Assembly (NCBI RefSeq): GCF_006345805.1
Contig: NC_043021.1
Coordinates: 26,536,001-26,600,000 of the forward strand
From: Octopus sinensis
Taxonomy: Eukaryota
Length of the DNA: 64,000 nt
Reading direction: 5' to 3'
Of this stretch, positions 25,841-37,444 are shown piece by piece (the first letter of the stretch is position 1; each line of letters starts with the position of its first letter). Both the position numbers and the translations under genes were made by a program. Below the pieces are notes generated by a model. That model was not told the DNA's origin, searched no databases, and worked only from the letters and a program-made list of their open reading frames with translations.

Positions 25841-26279
25841 AGCACTGATGCCTCTGCTTTCAGTACCCAAGCAGCTCTCACGAATTAGTAGATAGCTACA
25901 CCTTCTAGAGATCAAATATTAGTCGAATCAGCAGGTGGGAGCCTCTCACCTGTGATGGAGACCAGTGTGCAGTTAAGTATATATATATATATATATACCT
26001 GGACTTTCTACTCTCACACACTTCAGCTGCACCTCTCCTGCCCATGCTTTACACTGGACTCCGCTGTTGATGAAAAATCGCTCCAATACACCACAAAATT
26101 TGAAGCTTTTGAACTTTTTTATACTTTCTAAACTTTTTTTGTACTTTTCTTTCTGGGTTCCTTTCTGTGGAAGAGCATACGCTCGAAACGTTCACTTCCT
26201 CAGCATTAGACTAATACATCTGTTTGTTGCTTTTTTTTTTGTTTTTTGAATTCTCCATATATATATATATATATATATG

Positions 26280-26313
<34 letters not shown>

Positions 26314-26371
26314 AGGTGGTGCCTCAGCATGGCTTCAGTCTAATGACTGTAACAAGTAAAAGATACAAAAG

Positions 26372-27265
26372 ACAGGTGTGGCTGTGTGGTAAGTAGCTTG
26401 CTTACCAACCACATGGTTCTGGGTTCAGTCCCACTGCACGGCACCTTGGGCAAGTGTCTTCTACTATAGCTTCGAGGCAACCAAAGCCTTGTGAGTGGAT
26501 TTGGTAGATGGAAACTAAAAGAAGCCTGCGAAGTTTCGCTTGTCGTAGCACAAGTTTCTGTCGATTTCCGTAAAAAATGTAAACACTGAATCGGCCATAC
26601 ATACATACATACACACACACATACATACACACACACACATACATAGATACATACACACACACACATACATAGATACATACACACACACACATACATGCAG
26701 ACATACATATACACATACACCGAGTAAAAAATTTCAGTTATCTCTCTCTTTCACACATTACTCTCTCTGTCTCTTCACACATACTAACAGAAGCACTTCA
26801 CTTACACAACATACTGTCTGTCTCCCACACCCCATCAAACACACACACACACACATGTACATCAATGCTTCACATGCACGGTAACTTCAAAAGAACTTCC
26901 CTCGTCATACAATCGCTTTCTCTTAGTCTCTTTCGCTCTCATTACTTATGTAAAAAAATAAAAGTTTTTTACGGAAATCGACGGAAACTTGTGCTACGAC
27001 AAGCGAAACATCGCCAAGAAGCCTGTTGTATAAATACATGTGTGTGTGTGTGTATGTGTGTATGTTTGTGTGTCTGTTTGTCCCCCCCCTCTTTCGCTTG
27101 ACAACTGTTGTTGATGTGTTTATGCCCCCGTAACTTAGCTGTTTGGCAAAAGAGACCGATAGAATAAGTACTAGTCTTACACAGAATAAGTCTTGGGGTT
27201 GATTTGTTTGACTGAAGGTGGTACTCCAGCATGGCCATAGTCAAATGACTGAAACAAAAGAATGC
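26372..27265 (+). mobile_element. SINE family A, full layout, interrupted by a TIR element at 26528-27015
   Basis: Module 1 runs 26372-26527 and resumes at 27016 (AAGAAGCCTGTTGTA), followed by the microsatellite and module 2. Confidence 0.85.
26528..27015. mobile_element. MITE with ~50-bp TIRs and 9-bp TSD (MULE-like; Merlin possible)
   Basis: Left GCGAAGTTTCGCTTGTCGTAGCACAAGTTTCTGTCGATTTCCGTAAAAAA versus the reverse complement of the right end (2 mismatches). TSD AAGAAGCCT at 26519-26527 and 27016-27024. Confidence 0.85.
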
Positions 27266-28189
27266 AAATATATATATATATATATGTATGTATATGTATA
27301 TATATATATATATATACATATATACAACTCTATATATGCATCTACATAGCTCTGCATAAACACACCAGATGATAAAATAGTGTGACAGAAGAGAAAGAAT
27401 CCATGCAAAAGAGATAGAACAATACAAAGAAACCAATATTTCCTTTGTATTTCTGTTATAAAAAAAAGAAATGCTTTCCAGGAACTTTATGAAACCTTAA
27501 AATATCTTCATGGAAATCTAGATTTAAAAGTATTGATGGATATTTTGGTGGGGAATGGAGTGGTGCTAATGTAAAGAGTATATTAAAATAGCTTAAAATT
27601 ATTTATGAATTCTTTTTTTTTACCTTCATTTTCTCATTTGATAAAAAAAAAAGTTGAAAAGTTGTAAGTTTGTTGTAAGCATTAATTTTTTTATTTTTGT
27701 TAAAATTTCATTTCAACATTCGTCGTTGGTATTTTTAGTTAACCATCTGCTGCATTCCAGAAATGAAAAGAAAGAGTTAGTTTCATCATCACCACCACCA
27801 CCACCACCACTACCATCATCATCATCATCGCCAACATTCCATCACCTCAACCACCAACCCTCCACCATCATTATCATCATCAGGGTGAAGTGGGGTGGTG
27901 GTAGTGGTTCTACACTGTCTCTTCCTGAGCTAGAAATAGCAGGCAAGTCTTGCTCAAATCGAACCCTACACTCTACCACCTGACACACACACAAAGATTG
28001 ATGGAGATAACACTACACTTATATAGATATATTATGACCTATTTAACATATTGTGTTTGAATAAAGGAAAATCTTTAATCATAAGTCTGCTCAATCAGCA
28101 CTGAATTGCAGCTCAACAACAGTACAATCATTATCACCATCTTTATCATCATCATCATCATTATTGTGATTATAAAGGTAAGGTAAAGG

Positions 28190-28460
28190 CCCCTTCGGTC
28201 ATGAATGACCATGGGATTGCACCTAGAAAGGTGCCTTCCAAGGCACAAGTCTGGACAGGCTTGTTTGTGGAAGACCAGCAGTTGTTCTTGTATACCAGCT
28301 TCCCCCTCTCCACACCACCTATGTTATCCAAGCAAAAGACAAAGGCCGGTGAACTGGAGCAACATGAATTAAAGTGTCTTCCTTGAAAAAACAACACACC
28401 ACCTGGTCTGGGAATCAAACTCACTACCTCATGATTGTAAGCGTACTGCTCTAACCTATG
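28190..28460 (-). mobile_element. SINE family C, tail variant 3 ending in (TTTACC)n
   Basis: TAAAGGTAAGGTAAAGGCCCCTTCGGTCATGAATGACC...ACTGGAGCAACATGAATTAAAGTGTCTT...GCTCTAACC. Confidence 0.65.
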
Positions 28461-28513
28461 AACCAGGCAGTCACCAGCTTTTAAGCCCTCTTGCAGATTT
28501 CTAATGCAGCGAA

Positions 28514-28713
28514 TATATAACTGTTAAAGAGGACAACAAACGTTAAGGCAAGGCAAGCATCTCAAGTCATATACATTATTATTATTATTATTGGAAAAAA
28601 AATTCAAAGTCTTACAGCTGTTTCTGGGATATTCCAGAGTATGGGAATTCCCTATTTGTCTCTGGTGATGGAATATCCCAGAAACAGCTGTAAGACTTTG
28701 AATTTTTTTTTCC

Positions 28714-28744
<31 letters not shown>

Positions 28745-28804
28745 TATATGACTTGAGATGCTTGCCTTGCCTTAATGTTTGTTGTCCTCTTTAACAATTA
28801 TATA
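28514..28804. repeat. ~290-bp near-perfect palindrome centred at 28647/28648
   Basis: The arms match by reverse complement except for (TAA)n length, a few substitutions and two small left-arm deletions near the centre. Central GGGAATTCCC; TATATA at both ends. Confidence 0.9.
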
Positions 28805-30004
28805 CAAATTTCAATTTTATCTATTTCTCTATAGATTGAAAACAATACTGAACAGCCTGAATTGAATTTGACCCTTATTGGGGTCCTCATCAGAGATGGC
28901 TACATCACTTGCTCCATCCAAGAGAAACAAACAGCCAATCTGTTTATATACTCATGAAGTCCAGTAGGTACAGAGGGATGGACTTACTAATTTGCATACC
29001 ATCAGCGTTAAGCTCTTTATTTTAATACCAGTGACCTGAGGAACCCAGTCAACATCACATCAAGCTGATAGCATGGGTTGGATGGAGATGGGTTGAAGCA
29101 TTGTTTTACAGTTAAATGATTCGTCAGTTAATTTCTGGTAGAGCTACAATTTATATCTAATGAATTAATTTATTGTAATCTCATGATTATACTTGCTCAC
29201 AAAATCAGTTCTTCTATTTAGAATGTCTGTTGTTTTCATAAATTCTTGGAATGTTTCCTTATTGGAGAGATTGCATGGCTAAAATAAGTTATAAGATTTT
29301 ACCATTAGTATGTCTCTGTCTGTTGCCATACATAGTTTGATAGGACCCATGGCATTCCTCTTACTTGCAAATTCAAAGTGGATTTATGATTTGTGTAACT
29401 ATTTTTAAAGGGTACCTCACACATACCTATATAACTTTGATGAAAAGAATTGCCTTGGCACTGTGTTTACAAAGAAAGGGATAAAGCTCAACTGCTTCAC
29501 TTACATGGCTGATTATATTGGTAGTTATTACCCTGAGGCATAATTGTTTTATGTGGACATTGGGTTGCATGGCTGTATGATATGGTTTAGTGTTGTTGCT
29601 ATTTGCAGTAATGGTGTTTATGCTAGAAAAAACAACTAATGTGCATTTAATGTCTTGATAATTAGTCTGTGAAGTTTGTTGCTGACAGGGAAATGTTATG
29701 TATGTGTGTTTAGATCTTCCGCTGTTATATATTCAAACATTGTTAAAGAAACCAAACAACTGTTTCTTGTTTTCGATATAAATCATTATCCTCATCTGTC
29801 TTCTTTTCCATGCTTGCATTGATCACTAGAATTTACTGAAGTGGATTTTCTATGTTGCCAACCCTCACCTTTTCCCAAGCAAAATAATATTTCTCCATGG
29901 CTGGACATGTCTCAAGAAAACTGCAAACAAAGAGCACCACTTGCATGGCAGTCACACTTGTTTACAAATACTATGCAATGCCAAGGCAAGAACACACACA
30001 CACA

Positions 30005-30047
<43 letters not shown>

Positions 30048-31243
30048 TGTGTGTGCATATACACGACAAGGTTTTTTTTGTTTCTCTCTACTGTATTCAC
30101 TTACAAGGCTTTGGTTGGCCAAAGATGACCAAAGCCCTGTGCATGGATTTGGTAGATGGAAACTGTAAGAAGCCCATTGTGTGTGTTTGTATTTCCTTGT
30201 CTTGCCATTGTACGATAGTTGTAAAAATGCATCACCGTCACATAAGTCGTGTCTTTCATTTCCAATCTTTCATAAAAACATGTCTGGTCATGCGAGAAAT
30301 ATCATCTTATTTAGAAACAAGTGAGGCTTGGTGACAGGAAGGGCATCCAGCTACAGAGAATCTCAATGAATTCTTCATCTGACCCCTGCATGCATGAAGC
30401 GGTAGATGTTAAAACGATTATGATGCTGAGAAGTAAATCTGTTTGGGTCGGTTGATAGTCTATCACTGCAAACTTCTCCCACGAATGGATTAGAACCTAT
30501 TGCTCTGTAACCCAACAAGTGGTTCTGTTGCTTAGCAAACTGTTTGTTGTTTGTTCTGAGAGTTAAGCGTCTTCCCAGCTGCTGGTTTGAAACCCTATTG
30601 TCTCAGTTACCTGTACACCCCCCACCACAACCAGTAGAATGGTAGTAACATCATCATTATTGTTTTAACATCCACCTTTCCATGCTTGCATGGGTCAGCT
30701 GGAATTTGATGAGGCAGATTTTCTGTGACTGGATGCCTTTCCTTTCCCCAACCCTTACCTCTTTCCAAGTCAGAAAACATTTCCCCATGACCAGACATAT
30801 TTTTTCATAGAAGACTAGAAACAAGCAGCATTGTTTGTAAGATGGTAACTCTCGTTTATAACTGTCACATGATATCAAAGCAACAGTATCCACCCGTCAC
30901 AGCCGAATCACAGTCCACTGGACGTTCCAGTCTTGGTTTCATGGGGAAAACAGCATTTATTAAAATCATCATGAATTGTTTTCTGTAATGCAACTCACTT
31001 GACGGTCTACTTATGTCTCATGTGACCCACTCCTTGAAAAAGGTTTATGTCTGATATATTATGTAGCACACACACACTCATATATACAATGGACAACAGT
31101 TTTATCAGTTTTGCTTTCTGAGGACCATTTGAATGGAAATATCTGCTTTGAAAGAGAAAAAAGTAGTAGTGGGTGACTGGAAGAGCGTCCAGCTGTAAAA
31201 AAATTTGCCTCAGCAAGTTTCATATAACTCATCTATCAGCATG

Positions 31244-31509
31244 TGGAGGCACACGGCCCAGTGGTTAGGGTGTTGGACTCATGATCGTAAGATTGTGGTT
31301 TTGGTTCCTGGACTGGGCGACATGTTGTGTTCTTGAGCAAGACACTTTACTTCACGTTGCTCCAGTCCACTCAGCTGGCAAAAATAAATAAATAAACCTG
31401 TGATGGACCGGTGTCCCATCCAAGTGTGGAATGTATTTGCTATGAAACCAGGAAACCGGCCCTTGTGAGTCGGCAACGTTGCTCAAGAAGGTCACTTTAC
31501 CTTATCTTT
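31244..31509 (+). mobile_element. SINE family C with a 13-bp target-site duplication
   Basis: TSD ATCTATCAGCATG at 31231-31243 and 31510-31522. tRNA-like head TGGAGGCACACGGCCCAGTGGTTAGGG; tail CTTTACCTTATCTTT. Confidence 0.9.
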
Positions 31510-31730
31510 ATCTATCAGCATGGAGAAACATGTAAAAACAAGAACGATGGTAAATTGGAGTCAGAATTCAAATGCAAGAGGGTTTTCGGAAGTTTTATCA
31601 TAGAATTTATGTTAAATTCATTAAAGTGCTTGCAATAAAATTAATGAATTTCAGTTTCATTGCTAAGAGGTCACTGGATTTATGAACTGGATGTTTACAA
31701 GTATGTGCTTGTGTATGTGTGAGAAAAGTC

Positions 31731-31804
<74 letters not shown>

Positions 31805-31914
31805 ACGTATGCATACGTGTTCATGTCCATAAAATAATGTTCTGTTTTTTTTCTTTAACTCTTAAAATAGTTTTATTTTCAAATTGAATGTTATGTTTAA
31901 GTGTTTTGAATAAT

Positions 31915-32445
31915 AATCCTTTCTACTTTAAGCATGAGGCTTGAAATTTTTTTTTGGTGGAGGGGCGGGGTGGATGGAGGGGCTAGTCAATTATTTTGAC
32001 CTCAGTACTCAACTGGTACCCATTTCATTGACTCTGAAAGGATGAATAGCATGGTCAACACCAGTGCAGTTTGAACTCCGAATGTGATGATGGACAAAAT
32101 GTTGCTGAGCATTTTTGGCTGATGTGCTCCTAATTCTGCCAGCTCACCACCTTATTTGCCTTGCATAATAATGATGATAGGTTTACTGAAACATGTGTAT
32201 GTTTTATAAAGCTTTGAATACCAAATATGTTTCCTGGCAGTGAGCTGGTGGAATCGTTAGGACATCAGGCAAAATGCTTAGCAGAATTTCATCCGTCTTT
32301 ATGTTCTGAGTTCAAATTCCATCAAGTTCAACTTTACCCTTCATCCTTTCAGGGTCGGTTAAATAAATACCAGTCATATACTGGGGTTGATATAATCAAC
32401 TTACCTCTTCCTCCGAAATTGCAGGCCTTGTATCAAAACTTCAAA
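31915..32445. mobile_element. Two inverted family B SINEs (31915-32153 minus, 32235-32445 plus)
   Basis: Both match the family B consensus, with heads facing each other ~80 bp apart. Confidence 0.75.
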
Positions 32446-32714
32446 ACAATATTTCTATTTCTGTGTCTGTCTGTCTATGTGTGTGTATGTGTATGATGAT
32501 TTTCTTCAAGTTTCTGTGTACCAAATTCACTCACACATTTTGGCCAGCCTGGAGCCATAGTAGAAGATATTTGCCCAAGCTACCATACAGTGGAACTGAA
32601 CCCTAAACCATATAGTTGGAAGCAAGACACGAAAGGTTAAATTCAATTTCAGCAGAATTTGAACTTAAAAACATAAGACTAGCAAATACTGAACATCATT
32701 GCTACCAATGAAGC

Positions 32715-33262
32715 TAGCATCTTCTGCCGGATGGATAATGTCAGTGTGCATGTGCGACGGGGTAAATGATTTAAGAGGGAAACTGGGAATAAGGGACATC
32801 AGATTTTGTGTGCAAGAGAGAAGACTGTGCTGGTTTGGTCATGTGATGTGTATGGCTGAAGGCAGCTGCCTGAAGTGCTGAGCTCTAATTGTGGAGGGAA
32901 CCTGTGGAAGGGGTAGACCCAGGAAGACGTGGGATGAAGTGGTGAGAAAGGATCTTTGGACGCTGGGCCTCACTGAGGAAATGACAAGGGGTGGCCGGGA
33001 TATGTGGTGATTTACTGTCAAACTAAGTAAAGCTGCTGTCTTCCGCACAGGCTTGTCTCTTCAGGTAAAGCAGCCGTGTTGGTGCTGTGTTAATGCACCC
33101 AGTACACTCTGCTAAGTGGTTGGCATTAGGAAGGGCATCGAGCTGTAGAAACCATGCTACATCAGACAGTTGGGGTCTGGACAGCTCCCTGCTAGCCAGC
33201 CCCATGTCAAACTGACCAATCCATGCCAACATGGAGAGTGGACATTAAACAATGATGATGCT
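32715..33262 (+). mobile_element. RTE LINE 3' end: ORF2 C-terminus, 3'UTR and (GAT)n tail (source of the family D copies)
   Basis: LRGKLGIRDIRFCVQERRLCWFGHVM...IVEGTCGRGRPRKTWDEVVRKDLWTLGLTEEMT, then GTGGTTGGCATTAGGAAGGGCATC...CCATGCCAACATGGAGAGTGGACATTAAACAATGATGATG. Confidence 0.9.
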
Positions 33263-33890
33263 GTTGTATCTAAGTTTAGGTCATTTAGTTAATATTTTGC
33301 TGCGTTTCTTTTTCCTCAGCTTCACTTCCAGTGAGTTCTTCATCTTTTACAGATGATTCCTGTAAAAATGTTAAGAGCCAGCCCCCCCTCCCCCATCTCC
33401 AAGTTTGGAGAATATTGTTCTACAGGGTGACTCCCACATTTCCTTTTTTCAACTAAGTAGCTAAAAGACAAAAATGATAGCTTTAAAAATAAAGACAAAC
33501 AAATCGGTTGCCACCAACAACAGCAACACCACCACCACTATCACATTACCACCACCACCACCACTACTTCCTCTTCACTGACAACCTTCACTTTTGTACT
33601 ATTTTTTATTTTAAATCTCATCTCCCTTCCTCCTCAGTCCACTGCTCACCCCTGCTTCTTCCTACCTTCCATCCCTGCCATCTTCTACAGGTTTTCCAAA
33701 TGATAAGAAGTAGGTCAGTAAAGTACAACAACCTGCTGTTGTTGCTGCTATGGATGAGGTCAGCCGACTGTTTCCTCTCTCTCTCTCTTTTCTCCATATT
33801 TATTCATAACAACAACCAACCAGCCTTGGTATCCATATGTATTGTATAGAGCTTTTAAGATTACACACACACACACACACACATGCAATA

Positions 33891-33923
<33 letters not shown>

Positions 33924-33924
33924 A

Positions 33925-34350
33925 GTGCAGGTGTGGCTGTGTGGTAAGAAGTTTGTTTTCCAACCACATGGTTCTTGGTTCAATCCCATTGTGTGGCACC
34001 TTGGACAAGTGTCTTCTGCTGTAGCCCTGGGCCGACCAAAGCCTTGTGAGTGGATTTGGTTGACAGAAACTAAAAGAAGCCTGTCATATGGCCTTACTAG
34101 ATATAGAGGCAAGGTATAGTAGGAATTCCATATACAAGAGGATGTCGAAAAGTTCCTGGCTGTAAGGCTTCTGCGAAAGGCCTAGTTGATTGCCCAACAT
34201 TCTGATTGCTTTCACAGGGCCTAGAAAAACTGAAGGACTACTGCAGTAAATGTGTGTATCTGAGAGGGGAATGTGTTGCATAAAATCATAACTGATCCTT
34301 CCATATTTCCTTTTACCCAAAGCCAGGAACTTTTCAGCCCCACCCCCTTG

Positions 34351-34381
<31 letters not shown>

Positions 34382-34520
34382 TTGTCCTGCTCCATCACCT
34401 AACAACTAATGTTTGGCAAAAAGAGACCAATAAAATAAGTCCTCGGGTAAATGTATTTGACTAAACCCTTCAGGGTGGTTGGTGTCCAGCATAGCTAATT
34501 AGTCCAGTGACTGAAACATA
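33925..34520 (+). mobile_element. SINE family A interrupted in its spacer by a mariner MITE
   Basis: Module 1 at 33925-34087 and module 2 at ~34375-34520. Confidence 0.75.
34135..34350 (+). mobile_element. Mariner-derived MITE
   Basis: TA|CAAGAGGATGTCGAAAAGTTCCTGGCT...AGCCAGGAACTTTTCAGCCCCACCCCCTTG|TA. The interior keeps a transposase-like C-terminus, LEKLKDYCSKCVYLRGECVA*. Confidence 0.8.
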
Positions 34521-35219
34521 CAAACGATAAATGATATTATTTAAATCAATGCTAGAATTTGTGAGAAGCAGATACATAAAATATATCCCTAAATGGATTC
34601 TGAATAGAACACACACAACACAAAACTAAGAATAAATGAAAGAATCTTTTCTTTTTTTAATGAAAGATTGTTTTCTAATCCCTCCTTTGGTATCAGTCAA
34701 TCTAAGACTTCCTCTTGTTACCCTGTTAAGAACTTCCTCATTTTAAAGTGATCTAAATTGAAAACCTTCCATCAAAAATTTCATGTTAATCTATTTTCCG
34801 AACACCAGTTTGGTTATGACCAAATTATTTTGCTAAATTCTCTGTTATTTTAAAAGTTAATTGAAACATATTTCTATGCAGTGAGAAAAAATATAGCAAC
34901 AAAATGGCTAAACTAAAAGTAAAGTCTCTTTGCCAACACAATGTCCTACGTTGGACGATGTTACTACTTTTTAGCCCCAGGAAAACATCTTTTCCAGCTG
35001 GCTACCAACACATGGGCTGTGTCCGTATAGTATGAGCAAAGGAGTTTATTGTTCCCTTTCTAATCTTAGTAATACCTGTAGATCAATGGTTTCTGGGTTA
35101 TTTCTCTTTCTTCGTACAATCACCGGCTAGAGATGGCAGCTATTCAGCCTTGCTCATAGTATATACTTTTAAAGTGACACACAGTCACTGATCTTGTAAA
35201 GAGAAAAACAACTACATTG

Positions 35220-35536
35220 TTTACATTATTTACAATTGACGGATATTTGTCCTCATTTTGTTTGTTGTTGACAGTGTTTCAGCTGATGTGCCTGTGCATA
35301 TGGCGTAGTGGTTAAGAGTGCAGGCTACTAACCCCAAGATTCCAAGCAGTGACCTGAACAACAATAATAATAATAGTAATAATAATAATAATATTGAAAA
35401 ATACCTTAGGAATGGGAACCCAGGTTCGAGATTTCCCCAAGACATCTGATGAAGGCTGGAGGATATATCAGCTGAAACATTGTGTTAACAACAAACAAGA
35501 TGAGGACAAATATCCGTCAATTGTAAATAATGTAAA
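35220..35536 (+). mobile_element. Short Penelope-type (pLTR-like) element: inverted partial repeat, tRNA-like head, (AAT)n, hammerhead-bearing repeat
   Basis: 35220-35287 is the reverse complement of 35467-35536 (~90%). A-box-like TGGCGTAGTGG at 35301-35311. The 3' part recurs at ~61105-61240. Confidence 0.6.
35441..35486 (+). ncRNA. Minimal type I hammerhead-ribozyme-like motif (decayed)
   Basis: GACAT-CTGATGA-A-GGCTG(GAGGATATAT)CAGCT-GAAAC-ATT-GTGTT: stem I GACAU/GUGUU and 5-bp stem II. The cleavage triplet reads ATT here and GTT in the 61145 copy, consistent with CpG decay. Confidence 0.55.
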
Positions 35537-36175
35537 TACTTCCTCATCTCTTAAATATAGAACTGCAGAAAAACGAGTTTTAAATATCTGAGCGAGAAAT
35601 ATGTAGTAAGAGTAAGGACCAGTAGAGTCTATTTGCCAACACAATGTTTCAGTCTTACACAGGTTGTTGTTACTACTTTTTAGTACCGAGAAAACATCAT
35701 TTCCAGCTGGTTACCGACCCATGGTCTAACTTAAATGGATTTTTTAAATAGTAAATTTTTTCTACAGCAATGTTTCTAAAAAGTACGAGGAATTCTAGGT
35801 TCAATGTTAAAGTGTTGGTATCTGGACACCTTAGGAAGAGTTTAAACATTGTTTCTGTTGTAATTGTGTTGTTGTTTAGCCCATGGTCAACTGTGATCCA
35901 GCAGATGTTGGATCAAAGCTGTTTCAGTTTTGACCATCCCATCCAATATTTGGATACATTGTATCTGAGGACCGACGTCTTCATTCACCGTGTCCTTTCT
36001 TTTAGAAGATGTTAGTATGTGATTTGTGTGTGTGGAAAGGATTTGGCTGCTATCTCTAGTAAGTCTAGCGACATCATTGTGCCTCCTCCAATGGCTTGGC
36101 AGTAATGGTCTTGCAACCGTGGGCATGGAAAATTGCTAAGATTACATCAGTCATCAGCCTCACAACTCATTCCAC

Positions 36176-36595
36176 AGATCTTTTTGGTTTGAACGGCAGA
36201 TTTTTCTAGCGGTGTCATGAAATTGTCACCCATAATTATGACCCTAGTATCGATCTATTGCATTTCAATCTCTTTTAGGGTTAGGGTTAGGGGGAAGGGA
36301 AGGATATCTTTTTTTCTTCACAAATGTAAATAAACCCAATCTGTTTCTTAAATGAGGGACATATTCATACAGCACAGAATGGTTTTTTTTACCTCAATAG
36401 ACGTCATTGATTGGTTGAAATTGCAGAAATTGAAGAAAAAAAGAAACAACAAATATCTTACAAACTATAGAATTTTCTCAATAAAGCCAAGAGAAAAAGA
36501 TATTTTATAAACACATTCTACCAGTATACGAAGTTTAACATATTTTAGTTACCTAGAAATTATGTTAAAAACTGCCGTTCAAACTGAAAAGATCC
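36176..36595. mobile_element. MITE with 8-bp TSD (Merlin- or hAT-like), with internal (TTAGGG)3
   Basis: TIRs (A/G)GATCTTTT(TG/CA)GTTTGAACGGCAG. TSD CATTCCAC at 36168-36175 and 36596-36603. The GG terminus favours Merlin over hAT (inference). Confidence 0.85.
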
Positions 36596-36729
36596 CATTC
36601 CACTGCTATTTCACAGTTGAGTGGATGGCGTTTATTGGAAAGATACATCAAAACTTATGAAGACAACTGCTCCTATAGAAGCCATCTCGACCATGCAAGC
36701 AGCAAACAGAAAGAAGACACACTACATGC

Positions 36730-36798
<69 letters not shown>

Positions 36799-37444
36799 AT
36801 ATACATACATAAACACAAACACACACATATACATATACATACACTAACATATTTAATAATTTATAAGTTATCATTCAACAGCTTCCTTACTACAGTTCAC
36901 CCCCTCCCTTCTACTATTCATTGATAGCTAGTTGCCTCTTCTTTCTTTTCTTCTTTTTTTTTTTCCATCTGGAAAGAAAAAAAAAGTCTGCTGTGATTAT
37001 TGTGTTGCCTTAGTTCCCACAGATTGAAGTGTGTCACAAGTCTTGCAGCTTCATCTCACTCCTTCACTGTCAACTTTCAGAACAATGGCCTACTGTGCCA
37101 ATTTCAGTTCCGAGTCTGCTATTGTCTGCAGACATTTTTCCTATTATTTTACTCATGTCGTTACGAAAACCTTAATGAAAACTTACTATATTTGACTAGT
37201 TCTGTCATAATTTTGGAATAATTAGTGCTATAAACTACGGTGTTGATTGTTTGTCTTGCTTGCTGTTGAAATTCTTTCCAACCATCATTTGTCTTCGTTA
37301 TTAGAAATGAAACAAACGAATACAAGTCGAGATTACTTTCACTGACGAATATCAAATTCTCTGATTACGACTGAACTTTGTAATGAAAAATAAAAACAAT
37401 CTTGTCATATTTCATAATAATAATAATATTAATAATAATAGTTT

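Noticed and set aside
36277-36294. (TTAGGG)3 as a telomere or fusion relic
   Set aside because: Only three units, inside a TIR element with an exact TSD.
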